From contig OZ024749.1 of NCBI GenBank assembly GCA_964016885.1, positions 49,662,001 through 49,726,000 on the forward strand: 64,000 nt of DNA, given 5' to 3'. Positions 1-14,110 of the stretch are shown here, piece after piece; positions within the stretch are counted from its first letter, which is position 1, and the number at the start of each line of letters is the position of its first letter. The notes under the pieces are model-generated. The model ran no database searches. It saw only the letters and a list, made by a program, of their open reading frames with translations, and was not told where the DNA came from. This stretch comes from Eledone cirrhosa (Eukaryota). The translations under genes and the position numbers were made by a program.

Positions 1-719
1 TCAATGCACGTATGTTTGTCGATTCTAATAATTCTATCACTCACCAACACTGAGCTATATTGATTCTGAATTTTAAATTTCCTATCAAGCAACAATTCGT
101 TATAGCCTTTGTGGAAGGTCATTGAATTAAACAGTGTACAGGAGTGATGTGATACTTATTGTATCATTTCGGAAAAGATGAAAGGCATAATCGACAAGAT
201 TTTTATTCAAGAATGCTAAAAGATGTGAGAAAATTAGGTCAATGTAATTTTGCTGGCGTCTTCACATTATTTTCCATCAAACAGCTTTCGAGTGTATTAA
301 TATTCAAAAACAGATTATTTCATTCTACAAGACGCAAGGTCATATATGTTTTTCTTTGTTATTGCGAATAAACATTCGGTTATTTATAGAATTGTGAATA
401 ACAAATACTGTTATTTACATCATTGATTTGATGCTGAGTAAAAGCAAAGTAGATTATAGCACGATTAACTATCATTATTTTCTTGTTCATAGTATCAAAA
501 GATTATTTAAAGGGGAATCGTTATCATTGAGTAAATCAACCAAATAATCTATCTGGTATTCACTATGTGTACTCCAGTTATCAGAGAAATAAAGCTTTGC
601 CAGAAGAATGCTAAATTAGTGTAAAAGTATAAATATATTATTATTTTTATTCTTCTTATTATTATTATTGTTGTGGATTGGCAGTATGGATATAACGTCC
701 GTCAACATGCTTTACGGTA

Positions 720-815
720 TAGAGATAAAATAAAGTACCAGTCACGTACTTGGGTCGATTTAATCGCCTTTCCCCTCCCCAAAAATTGTTGGCCTTGTGC
801 CTACAGTAGAAACAA
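720..815 (+). mobile_element. SINE family A, 3' half
   Basis: GATAAAATAAAGTACCAG..GGGTCGATTTAATCG..GGCCTTGTGCC..AGTAGAAAC followed by an (ATT)n tail. Confidence 0.75.
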
Positions 816-929
816 TTGTTATTATTATTACTATTATAGTTGGTGTTACTACTAACATCATCCCGATTAATACCACAACTACTACCACCACTACTGCTGC
901 TACTACGACTACTTCAAAAACAACAATAG

Positions 930-1600
930 ATTTGTTGAATCAGAAGGACAAATGACGATCTTGAGAAGAGACGTATCTTGAGAATTATTCTGCTGATAGT
1001 GAAGAAGTAATTTAGATATTATAAAAGAAAAGATATTACATTACAGAAAAGTGGGAAAAGCTAATTTGTGAAATCTAGAAAGAATTGATATGAACAGAGA
1101 CGTTTACACAGAAGGTTCTGCCAGAATACGGAAAGGCAACGATATGACAAATCATCCAAGTAAAACAAGATGCGAATTCTGAAGAAAAAGCTAGAGAACT
1201 TAAAACTAGTTCTGAATTAGAGATGCGTATATGATGTATTTCGTGAATGAGAAGTGAGATTGGAGCGTAGCGTTTCTGAACGGATAAAGCTGGCTCAAAA
1301 GGATTAAAAGAACTAAAGGTATGACAAAATGATATAATTTGACATTGGGGAATTTATCGAAAGATTTATCTTGCAGAATAACCATGATTTTAAGCCTCAA
1401 CATGGCATAGAAATTATTCAAATTAACGTACTATGGGATAAGAAATATTATGTTTGTAAATGGAACATTCTCGCTCATAATGTTACACTGAATAAATAGG
1501 AAAGACTATGGAAAACAAGAATAGCGTGAAAACAGATGGCACAAATAGGAAGGTCTCAAATACATGGTATCTAGAATTACTGTTGTTCTCATTCCAATGA
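930..1600 (+). mobile_element. Possible very old LINE remnant (a similar piece lies at about 3010-3420)
   Basis: A-rich, non-repetitive, coding-like composition with only faint Dong-like motifs. Confidence 0.2.
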
Positions 1601-1781
1601 ACGGTGGCTGATTGTCTAAATACTGCTAGGACATGTTGGGTATAGAAGTGGAAATCTGACACTCGGGGAAAGTTTGATTGCCAAATTCAGCGGCTACAAA
1701 TAGAAAGGTGCTACATAGCTAAACTTCCAGATCACAACTTGGTCTCTAGCTATCCAATACCACCGAAAGTGCAATGACATA

Positions 1782-1910
1782 ATTGTTTCTACTGTTGGCA
1801 CAAGACCAGCAATTATCCCAGTGTATTACTGGTACTTTATTTTATCGACCCCGTAAGGATGAAAGGCAAAGTTAACCTCGGCGGGATTTGAACTCAGATC
1901 ATAAAGGGAG
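1782..1910 (-). mobile_element. tRNA-derived SINE family A (internal-deletion variant)
   Basis: Reverse complement of GTTCAAAT..GCCGAGGT.AACTTTGCCTTTCATCCTT.CGGGGTCGATAAAATAAAGTACCAG...GGCCTTGTGCC..AGTAGAAAC. Confidence 0.85.
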
Positions 1911-1994
1911 GTAAATCTATGATTAATGATTGAACATTAATAATAAAGATTAACTATTATGATATTCTTATTTTACACTTATTATTATAAATGT

Positions 1995-2122
1995 GTTCAA
2001 ATCCAGCCGAGGTTAGCTTTGACATTCATCATTGATAAATTAAATCACCATTAATGCACTGGGGTCGATTTAATCGACTTTATCTTCCCCCAAATTACTA
2101 GCCTTGCGCCTAAAGTAGAAAC
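1995..2122 (+). mobile_element. SINE family A
   Basis: B-box GTTCAAATCC through AGTAGAAAC; inverted relative to 1782-1910. Confidence 0.8.
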
Positions 2123-2126
2123 ACTT

Positions 2127-2506
2127 ATTATTATTAGTAGTAGTATGATTGTTCTTTGAGTCTCAGTCATTGATGTTATTTAACTGGAAGGTTTGGTGAA
2201 ATGAATATCAAGCCGCTACCTGCAGCCTCAGATATTCAGGACGTATCGGAGGTTCTTGCTGTCCCCAGAAAGCAAGCCTTTTGAAGTGTTCCAAAAAGCG
2301 GGGCTGGACTAATCTTCTTTATCCACCCTAGAAAACTCTTTCCGATAGTACCTAGTGCGACTATGACAATCGGGATGACCTTGATTTCATGGCAGTTTCA
2401 AATCCTTTTTAACACCCATTTTAAATCCTCGTATCGGTTAATTTTCTCCCTCTCCTTTTCTTGCACTCTCGTGTCAAATGGGCAGGCTACATCTACAATC
2501 AGGTAC
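2127..2506 (-). mobile_element. 5'-truncated R4/Dong-clade non-LTR retrotransposon (RLE C-terminus, 3'UTR and TAA tail)
   Basis: The minus strand translates as YLIVDVACPFDTRVQEKEREKINRYEDLKWVLKRI*NCHEIKVIPIVIVALGTI...LQKACFLGTAR, with one internal stop and a frameshift. Ends in TAA/TAC repeats. Confidence 0.8.
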
Positions 2507-2639
2507 GATTATAATTATTAGTATTAATATCATTTTTATTCATTTCCAAAGCGATGATCTTATTAACAATGGATCATTTAATTGAATAACTATAAAAGTA
2601 TGTAATCTTATATAGAAATTTATTACTGTAGGATATTTG

Positions 2640-2775
2640 CTGCTCATGACAGTGCTGTTTTTGCAATGTCGTAATGATGGGAGTGATTCCAATTCTATCA
2701 AAGGTTTTCTGGATGTTTTCTGTCACAGACCCAAGAACTTGTATAACATTTGGCACCAGTGATGCTTTCATACTC
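2640..2775 (-). mobile_element. Older R4/Dong-like C-terminal fragment
   Basis: LVPNVIQVLGSV...TLQK resembles the same VP.VIGALG...LQK motif. Confidence 0.45.
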
Positions 2776-2831
2776 TACATTCTCTCGACATCTATTTTCA
2801 AGCCTGCATACTTTACGATTTGTTTTGTTTT

Positions 2832-2851
2832 ACTACTACTACTACTACTCC

Positions 2852-2889
<38 letters not shown>

Positions 2890-2897
2890 CGGTTGTT

Positions 2898-2931
<34 letters not shown>

Positions 2932-2952
2932 CGGTTGTTGTAGTAGTAGTAA

Positions 2953-2989
<37 letters not shown>

Positions 2990-2998
2990 GGTGGTAGT
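2832..2998. repeat. (TAC)n then (GTA)n/(GTG)n microsatellite
   Basis: Direct reading; orientation switches at about 2850. Confidence 0.95.
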
Positions 2999-3654
2999 TA
3001 CTCTCACTGGCCACTAGGTGTCGATACATTGGAAACACTACAAGGTTTATTTCAACCGAGAGTAGAGTTATATTAAGAAAAATAATGAAAAGATCATCAA
3101 AGGAACAAAAGGAAGACATACAGCAATAGCAGTGATAGTCATGAAACTAATAGAAAAGCACAACGAATGTCAACAATCTTAAAATAATCTTTTCGGAATG
3201 AAACCTCTAATAATAGTAATATTACAAGGAGAGATTACATAATAATTTGCTCTTTCCAGAGAATCAGCAATGAGTCAACGGGCAGTGTAAAATCCAGAAT
3301 ACTAGAGGAATGGAAAGAACCGTCTATAATAGGAACATAATAACAAAGAAGCAAAACATTTATAACACAGATCCAGAATGATTTAACTATAAAGAATAGA
3401 GTTCTATGTCAGTTTGACTCAGATTTGATTTAGAGAAATGGAATATTACCTCCATGGAGATGATATGAGTTATAGGATATACACATATCATATATATATA
3501 GAGTCGCATAGTCTGTAATTCAAGCCAACATATAAACAATTATTACACCACAATAGATTTTCTCATATATCGCCAATTAACCCTTCTTCAGCTATATGGT
3601 TTTCTCAGAATTCTTGTTTTAGTTTTCATTATCAATATTTTTCCCCACCCAGCA

Positions 3655-3700
<46 letters not shown>

Positions 3701-3735
3701 ACTTTGGGAGGGTCATGTTGCCAATATATATATAT

Positions 3736-3787
<52 letters not shown>

Positions 3788-3794
<7 letters not shown>

Positions 3795-4414
3795 ATGTTG
3801 AAAAGGTAACACACTAGAGAGATATATATATAGTGTTCCATCAATAGAATATGGAAAACCGCCAGTGAATGGAATCTATAACCTATGGAAGGCAGGGAAG
3901 ACACACAATAATTAAAAACATAAGTTAAAATGTATATACGCACCTCTACAACTATATAACGCACGCATACAGATCAAAATAGATCCAATGATATTTCGCT
4001 CCTTATAACAGTATTTCTCTCGCTTTGTTTGGTTGAGCACACTTCGTTGAGTGTTTTTGGGGGCTGCCCTTTCTAGCAGCTCATCCCTCAGATACCACTG
4101 GTCGACTGCCCTACGCACGCTGTGACATTTCTCTGCCGCGTGCATCTGGACGGTCGCTTTTTGGTTGTCTTAGAAATGTCTGGAATGTATAGTGTTGCAC
4201 ACGCTGATGACCCATAGGCTATTCCATTTCAGTCAACTACTTCCTGGTGAAACAGATCTCTTTGGATCTGTTCGCGTGTGTTATATAGTTATAGAGGTGC
4301 GTATATACATTTTAATTTATATTTTTAATTATTGTATGTCTACCCTGCCTCCCATAGGTTGTATATATTCCATACACTGGTGCTTTTCCCTGCTTTATTG
4401 ATGGCACAATACCC

Positions 4415-4468
<54 letters not shown>

Positions 4469-4576
4469 TGTTACCTTTTCAACATATTGTATTTTAAAGG
4501 GCTCAGGATTCCTTTTCCTTTGAGCACATTATTGACAGGGAATAACGAGAGTCTATGGCTCCGTTATTTTATGGTG
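3788..4576 (+). mobile_element. Penelope-like pLTR / HHR element forming a long inverted repeat
   Basis: Diverged arms 3788-3985 and about 4255-4492, a spacer of about 270 bp holding the HHR core, and an unpaired tail of about 85 nt (4493-4576). Both ends abut (TA)n. Confidence 0.6.
4197..4279 (+). ncRNA. Type-I hammerhead ribozyme motif (slightly degenerate)
   Basis: GCACACG-CTGATGA(4204-4210), imperfect stem II (CC..AGG/CCTGG), GAAAC(4249-4253), stem III ACAGATC/GATCTGT, GUU triplet, then CGCGTGT pairing back to GCACACG (6 of 7). The inverted copy shows GUA at the same site. Confidence 0.65.
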
Positions 4577-4609
4577 ATATATATATATAATATATATATA
4601 ATATATATA

Positions 4610-4663
4610 TCAAGGGCGGTGCCCCAGCATGGCCTCAGCCGGATGGCTGAAACAGGTAAAAGA
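4610..4663 (+). mobile_element. SINE 3' tail fragment
   Basis: CAAGGGCGGTGCCCCAGCATGGCC.CAG..GA..GGCTGAAACAGGTAAAAGA, recalled as the 3' end of octopus SINEs. Confidence 0.6.
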
Positions 4664-4715
<52 letters not shown>

Positions 4716-4799
4716 CTAGAGAGAAAGAGAGACCCAATCCACTTAATCACTTATTTTCCTTTCACTTTCTCTCTCTCTCTATCTCTCCCTCTCCCTCTG

Positions 4800-4861
<62 letters not shown>

Positions 4862-5215
4862 TGTGTGTGTGTCTGTGTGTATGCGTGTGTAGATAAAATG
4901 TGATCACTGAAGGAATAAAAAGAAACGAGGAATAATGGTGTTAATTAACAATAATTCTTAATATAATAATACAATGGAGACAATTGCTGTTTTGATTCCA
5001 TGTAAAATCAAGTTTTATGATACATTGTTTAGGAGAGGAAATAATGTTTGAAGACATGATGTGCATTTATTTGGAACTGTGTCAAAGACCATAGAATTAT
5101 CTATACAATCACAGAGAAAGCAGCAAATCCGAATATTCATATAAAACCAACGACGGTGATGCACGTTATGTTATAATGATAATGGCGAGAATGGCACTGA
5201 TTGAGGTAATGGAAA

Positions 5216-6135
5216 ATGATGATGGTGATGGTGGTGATGGTGGCGATGATGGTGATGGTGGTGATGGTGGTGGTGATGGTGGTGATGGTGGCGATGGTGG
5301 CGATGGTGGTGATGATGGTGATGGTGGTGGTGATGGTGAATGAGGGTGGTGATGGTGGTGAGGGTGGTGATGGTGGTGATGGTGGCGATGATAGTGATGG
5401 TGGTGCCAGTTTGATGATGGTGATGGTGGTGATGGTGGTGATGAAGGTGATGATGGTGATGATGGTGGTGATAGTGGTGATGATGGTGGCGATGGTGGTG
5501 ATGGTGGCCATGATGGTGGCCATGATGGCGTTGATGGTGGCGATGATGGTGATGGTGATGGTGGTGGTGGTGATGGTGGCGATGGTGGCGATGCTGGCGA
5601 TGGTGGTGATGGTGGTGATGGTGGTGATGATGGTGAATGAGGGTGGTGATGGTGGTGAGGGTGGTGATGGGGGTGATGGTGGCGATGATAGTGATGGTGG
5701 TGCCAGTTTGATGATGGTGATGGTGGTGATGGTGGTGATGAAGGTGATGATGGTGATGATGGTGGTGATGGTGGTGATGGTGGTGATGGTGGTGATGGCG
5801 GCGATGTTGGTGATGGTGGCGATGATGGTGATGGTGGTGATGGTGGCGATGATGTGGAAGAGAGGCAAGTTATAGCAATAATGGTGAGAATAGTACTGAT
5901 GATGGTAATGGAAATGATGGCAATGATGATGATGCTGGTGACGATGATGATGGTGATGTTGGTGATTACGGTGATGATGTTGATGGTGGTGATGATGGCG
6001 ATGATGGTGGTGATGATGGCGATGATTGTGATGAGGAAGAGGAGAATGAGTAGGAGGAAGAGAGGCGGTTATGGCAATAACGGCGAAAATGTCTCTGATT
6101 GTGGTAGTGGAAGTGCCGATGATAATGGTAAACGC

Positions 6136-6172
<37 letters not shown>

Positions 6173-6175
6173 TGG
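5216..6175. repeat. Compound (GAT/GGT)n trinucleotide array with an internal 297-bp duplication
   Basis: Marker blocks GTGAATGAGGG and GCCAGTTTG recur at 5336/5633 and 5405/5702. Confidence 0.9.
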
Positions 6176-6277
6176 ATGAGAAAGTGATGCACGTTATTAT
6201 AATATGAGCGAGAATGGCAAGGATTGCGTTAATGAGGATGATGTGGGTTTACAGTGAGACAGATGTATGTTAAAATA

Positions 6278-6415
6278 ATTGTTTGCACATTTGGCACACG
6301 GCCAGCAAATACCCCCAGTGCATTACTGGTGCTTTATATTATCGACCTCGTAAGGAGAAAAGGCAAATTCAACCTTGGCAGGATTTGAAGTCAGAACGTA
6401 AAGGGCCATAACTCT
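6278..6415 (-). mobile_element. SINE family A (deletion variant)
   Basis: Same consensus as 1782-1910. Confidence 0.8.
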
Positions 6416-6531
6416 ATGCTGCTACGTATGACGAGAATGACAAAGGCTGTGACAATGGTAATGAAGATGTTGGTGATGGCAACGATGATTTTGAGAAGAA
6501 GAATCACATTAGAATGATAATGGAAATTATT

Positions 6532-6564
<33 letters not shown>

Positions 6565-6851
6565 GTGTTTGGTGAGAAGGAAGAAGGTGAAAGCAATGTG
6601 AAGAAAAAGGGTACAAATATTGTGCTCTTGTGATGACATTCGCGTCGATAATGGGTATGTCCTTTCTGGGAAGGATGATGATAATATTAGCAATTATGAT
6701 TCTGATATACATGAAAACGATGGGGATGGTAATGCGGATGATAAAAATGATGATAAGAATTAAGAGGGTCATGAAAGCTAGTAAAGATACTGCTACTGTT
6801 GGTGTTGATACTGACAAGAACAAGCTCGACAATGACTACGAAGAAGTAATA

Positions 6852-6948
6852 ATTGTTTCTACTGTTGGCACAAGGCCAGTAAATGACCCAGTAAATTACT
6901 GGTACTTTATTTTATCGAGCCCGTAAGGATGAAAGGCAAAGTTAACCT
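6852..6948 (-). mobile_element. SINE family A (deletion variant, truncated)
   Basis: Same consensus as 1782-1910. Confidence 0.8.
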
Positions 6949-7419
6949 TATCCCTGGATTTTCCTTAGTTTAGTTGAGAGCAATATTTGACTCATTCGAT
7001 TGATCTCAGTTAATAATCGATATAGCTATACCGTTAAACAGAAGATTGGACATTGAAATCTTCCGTAGCTCAAGTGATCGCTCCAATAGTTAAAACAACG
7101 ATAACAACAAATATTTGAACAACAAAATTAGAAGAAAAAAATTACAACATGGAGGAGCAGGAGTAATACAAATGAAGACAGGGAATGAGAAGTGGAAGGA
7201 CTGGAAGAAAAACAAGGAGAATAAAAAGAAGAAAGAAGAAGCATGAAGAGTAGGAGGATGTGGATTACAGTGTCAATATATTTCCATGCTTCTTCGCAAA
7301 ACCACCCTCAGGCATAGACTATAATTAGTGTCTCACTGTCATAGATATACGCGTTATGTAACTGTTGAAATATCTATTAAGTGCATCACTTAACAAAGTA
7401 CACGCATACACACACACAT

Positions 7420-7545
<126 letters not shown>

Positions 7546-7687
7546 TTATTAGAATAACAGATTAAATTTTAAGCAAAGAATCGCTGCTTTCACCCTTATT
7601 TGCTCTACAGTTCTTATATATTTGATATATATTTTCCTTATCGAGCCCTCTTTGTATTTTAGTCTTCAATTTTATTATTATTACTAT

Positions 7688-7757
<70 letters not shown>

Positions 7758-7966
7758 GTGTGTGTGTGTGTATGTGTATATATATATACAAGCATACATA
7801 GAGAACTTAATGTTTCATTTTTCTTTGGCACACGGTTACAAAATAGTTTTGAGATTTCCAAAGATTAAGCTGACACCAACAGTTTACTGATATTTATCAA
7901 CCCATTAGGGATTATATATATATATATATATATATATATGAATGTATATATGTATTTATATGTATG

Positions 7967-8013
<47 letters not shown>

Positions 8014-8046
8014 TGGATTAAATGCTCTGAAATAGCGATATATATG

Positions 8047-8130
8047 TGAAGATAGACATAGAATATTCGAAAATATTCTGTATGTTTATAAACATACAGA
8101 ATATTTTCGAATATTCTATGTCTATCTTCA
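8047..8130. repeat. Perfect 84-bp spacerless palindrome between TA tracts
   Basis: TGAAGATAGACATAGAATATTCG...GTTTA|TAAAC...CGAATATTCTATGTCTATCTTCA, centre 8088|8089. Confidence 0.9.
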
Positions 8131-11100
8131 TATATATATAAATATATATATGTGTGTGTGTGTGTGAGTGTGTGTCTGTGTGTGTGTGTGTGTATGTGCG
8201 TGTGTGTGCCTGTGTGTGTGTGTATGATTGATAATAAAAAAAACTAAAAGTGAATCATATAATGGTAATTTTACATAAATGGCTACAGATTGGCTAGTCT
8301 GACTTTTGGATCCAGCCGGATCAGTTGGAGACTGTTTATTCTGACAGATCCCACGCGAAGAAATATTTGAGGAATCTGTCCCGACGAAGAAGAGGGAAAT
8401 GAACAAAAATGGTTTAAATAGATTCAATGAAGAGAAATATACGTTTGTGGAAAGGAAACTAGCTATTAAAGGCATTAGCGTTTCACAAGGATTTCTGACC
8501 TTGAAGTTTGATAAGTGAAATCGATGTCAGCGGTATTTGAACTGATAATATAAAGGATTGTAAGAATAGATCTAAGAATAATGAGATTTTTCACGTTTAC
8601 TAAAATCCAGCAATTTGGCGGAACGAGAACTTAGATTATATCCAGCCCAGTTCTTAAGTTGTAAATTAGTGTATCAACGACGGATGTATGAAAGGCAAAG
8701 TTGACATGAAGGCAATTTGAACTCAATACTGAAATTGTCGCAACTACGACTCTTATGGATAATAACAATCATAGTTTTAAACATTGGAACAAAACTAGTT
8801 CTATATATATATGCTTCGGTAATTTGATTATAGTTTAATTTATTGACCCTTGAAGGGATCAATAGTAATATCGACTATGACGACACATTCAGAAAACAAC
8901 AACAACTATAACCCCTACATCAGCAGATGCACAATCACCTCTAACAGTAAGCGACATGTCAAGAGCAGCCACAACGAAAATGGAAGCCAGAACCAAACCT
9001 AACAAAACAAACGTTAATATATACGAGTGCTGTCTTTGGCAGAATTCCAATGAGCCTCAATATGATCACATGTTAGGCTACAAATAGCACTCGATTTCCT
9101 TCAAATACAGCCTACCTTCTTCAGAAAAACGAAGGCAAGTACTAAAGCACAGTTTCTGACATACGGAAAAAAAATGTAAATAAATTTTAGTTGTTGCTAG
9201 AACTTGTTTTAGATCGATTCTTTCAAGTCTGATTTGAGGAGTAAGGACCGTGGATGATATGGAAGTCCAGAACACAGTCGATTGTATCATTCGTAATATC
9301 AGAAGTGTACTCGATTATTTTGGATTTATGGATAATTAAAAAGAAGCAAACAATAAAAAGAACCATCACAACAACAACAGCATCTATAACAACAATAACT
9401 GCTACAACAATTACTAGTACCAGAACAAAAGATCAGAGGCAACAACAACAGCAATAATAACATCAGCAACCACAACAACAAGGAAAAACTGAAAACATAA
9501 ACAAATGCGGTAGCCTCTTTATGATTGGATGTTGAGCTAGAAAGAACAGCCACATCCCTATCACGTTATACGCTACTGTTGAAATGGGTCAAATCGTTTC
9601 GTATAACGTGGACCTGAAATCCTGATACTCCCACCATGACGTGGGTGGTGTCAGATCTTGAATGATTATACTCATATGTTTGTCTAATCATGGCTGACTA
9701 CGGACTAAATAACAATCACAAAATCAACGAAGTCGACGACTATGATTAAATAAGAAGCTAGAGAATGGCAGGAGGCCATATAATTTTGTATTGTATGTAT
9801 ATTCGTCTTTCAAGAGTTTTCAGAAGACGTAACTCTCTCCAAGTACATGACCTACTCTAAATAGAGCCAACGAAAGGGTTGCCTCTACATGGTAATTTTC
9901 TCTGCGAGAAATAACTGCCAACATTCTCAAATTGTAAACTTTATATAAAGTAATAATGTGTAATTTAACCAATATTAATATAGCGTTTCACTCCCATCTA
10001 GGGACATGACAAGGATTTTAATGTTGTTCATATTATTATATGATTTCAATATGAAATGGCCTCTTAATATTATGGAATATATTGGATTGCATATTGAACA
10101 TCATTTTTTTTCCCTTGCATACGTGTAAATCGTGAATGATGAAATGGTAATAGGTAGGGATATAGAAAACTATTTAGAAACATTCTTGTAGACAATCCAC
10201 TAAATCTATTGAGAAATTATTGATGCCAATATTTCTCTATTTTGTCTGTTCAATCAATCATGACCAAAATCACAGCATATGTATCAACAACAACATCACC
10301 TGTAACAACTTCCTCATAAAGGGTATACTGATTATAAAATTACCTAGAAAATATGTACATATATATTATGATTCAAAGTAGTATATAATGTAATCACCAA
10401 TGGTATATTTTCCTAAGATCTTGGTGTGCTCAGAATTATTTCAAAGGAATATATACACAAAAGTACCATTAGTATTAAACATTAAATGTTTATTTAGTAT
10501 TCTATCCAACGAAAATGGATCTACATCAGAGATGAGGTACTCGATATCATTTGTTGGAATGTCACACGTATTCAAGTATTCATCATTAATCTCCCACAGA
10601 ACCAAATGGTATGAACAATGTATGCTTTAAGACACGCCAGGTATTTAAAATAAGATACGTATATTTGTATAGTATATATATTATAGGTAGTTCGGTGCAC
10701 ATGCTAATCGTCACAGGTACGTTAACTATTCTGAAACATTGATCTATACATCACATTGTTCAACAGGAAATAACAACTAAACCCCTTTAAGTCACAAAAT
10801 ATCATCTACACACACACACCATAAGAAACAAACTGGTATGGCCAATTAAATATACCTCATTCAAAATCAGTTTCGTATATAAATTTTCACAAAAACAATT
10901 ACATATATAATAATGTCCAGCCGAAAATTATAGATAGGAAATAAGAAAATTGGAAGCAAAAAGTTAGCGGAAAGAAACTAGAAAATCAACTCGGTTCAGA
11001 GCTGCTACGAAGGTCTGGTTGGATAAACTGTCTCCCTGTTCATATATTAGTTGATTAAAAATATTATGAAAATGATATTGTTGGTAATCATACATCTTCA

Positions 11101-11184
11101 AACAGTTATTACATTAGTAATTAGGAAATATTATAATTTATGTACATATATATAATCCCACTCACATGAAGACACAGATCCAAA

Positions 11185-11213
11185 CACACACACACACACA
11201 CACACATACACAC

Positions 11214-11291
<78 letters not shown>
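11185..11291. repeat. (CA)n microsatellite
   Basis: Direct reading. Confidence 0.95.
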
Positions 11292-11293
<2 letters not shown>

Positions 11294-11294
11294 A

Positions 11295-11325
<31 letters not shown>

Positions 11326-11389
11326 ATAGATATATACATGTGGGTGTACCTGAGGGTGTGTTTCTGTGCGTGTGTGTATATATATATAT

Positions 11390-11509
11390 GTTGATGCCCT
11401 AAGGACAGACACTGGTCTGTTGGAGATGCAGGATATGGCAGCGATAATGAGGGACAGAGACCGCTGGAGAGAACTCGTCCATGGATCTCGGGAATTTTAC
11501 CCGCCTTAG
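11390..11509 (+). mobile_element. RTE-clade LINE extreme 3' fragment
   Basis: Open frame VDALRTDTGLLEMQDMAAIMRDRDRWRELVHGSREFYPP* carries the M.DR..WR..V C-terminal motif; sits between TA tracts. Confidence 0.65.
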
Positions 11510-11553
<44 letters not shown>

Positions 11554-11661
11554 TCTCTGTCAAAACACACACACGTACATATATATGTATATATGAATGT
11601 CTACACGTGTTTGCTTAGTAGTCCGAATACTGGACTCTACAATCGGTAAATAATAATATAA

Positions 11662-11800
11662 TTGTTTCTATTTTTGTCACAAGGCCAGCAAATACCCTGT
11701 AGATTACTGGTACTTTATTTTATCGACCCCGTAATGATGAAAGGCAAAGTTAACCGCTGTGGGATTTGAACTCAGATCATAAAGGGACTTAACTCTATGC
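11662..11800 (-). mobile_element. SINE family A (deletion variant)
   Basis: Same consensus as 1782-1910. Confidence 0.8.
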
Positions 11801-11818
11801 TTCAAAGCATATACACGC

Positions 11819-12615
<797 letters not shown>

Positions 12616-13347
12616 TTTATTGTATATTTTAGTATAATTTTTTTGTTTGGGGTGTTGCATAAGTTTGCGTGTATATGTATTTAAATAGATCTGTGTGTTT
12701 GCATATAGTATGTGTGATTATGTTGTATAGGAAATCACAGACACATTAGTTGGATGGATGTTGGTGGAAAACGTTAAAGAGAGCTAGGCGTCCACATTTC
12801 TGCTACGTTGTCTATTAGATGCCGGTTATGAATCAACTAACTCCAACACGCTAACATCTGCGGTCTTACACAACCTACACACATACACATATAACGCACA
12901 TGCTAACGTTCGCTCACACTGACGTTTCAGAACAGCTTCATATATGTACACTCTCAGACTCTCAGAGATTATCATGTGTATTTATTATACACAAGCTCAC
13001 TTGCACATGCAAATTAATATATAATATTGCATACACACATCGGTACAGAGATATCCACACATACACATTGGTTTAGACACTAGCACACGTACATACATAA
13101 CCTCATGTATTCTAAGACATGGTCACAAAAAAAAAAAAATAATAATTACACGTGTATACATTACATTCTTACGCAATTTCATACATAATTATAATGTATT
13201 TACCTCAAACATACATACATATATACATACATGTGTATATACATACTTATGTCCAGGTATATATTCATGCACACACATCAAACACACATATATATAAACA
13301 CACTCACACACACGCACATATTTATATATATATATATATATATATAA

Positions 13348-13402
<55 letters not shown>

Positions 13403-13918
13403 AAAATGCGTGTGTGTGACTGTGTTTATATATATACATGTGTTATATGTATATATAACAAAATTGGTGTATAACCGTAAAACATGCGTTATATTAGAAA
13501 TACACACATCTAAATCATTACATATATTATCCAGGAGCTTGTATAAGTTAAATATCTGCATCTTACTACCATACACATTTCACTAACAGAAATGCAACAC
13601 GCGTATAGAGAACAACAAAAGGAATCTTACAACGAGCGTGTATAAAACCAAAACACATCATATAACAAGCTTTAATTTATGGATACTGTGATGCAGTTCG
13701 AAGAAAAATCCTATGCAGATCTTATATGCAATCATAAAAAAATGTTCCATTCAGTTATAGATTCATAAAATTTTCAAATTTTTAACTGCTCCAATATAAG
13801 ATATAGAAAATTCTCTATGAAAAGAAAATAACATTTACTGGACTCGTGGATAGACTCATATAAATTGAAACAAATAGTATCTATATATAAATATATATAT
13901 ATATATATGTATACATTT

Positions 13919-13980
<62 letters not shown>

Positions 13981-14038
13981 TTATACATATATATATATTT
14001 ATCCAGGGAATGAAAAGTGAAGTTAGTATAGGTTCACC

Positions 14039-14110
<72 letters not shown>

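Noticed and set aside
5137-6192. 351-aa His/Thr/Ile-rich ORF and antisense Met/Val ORFs
   Set aside because: Trinucleotide microsatellite; no domain or splice evidence.
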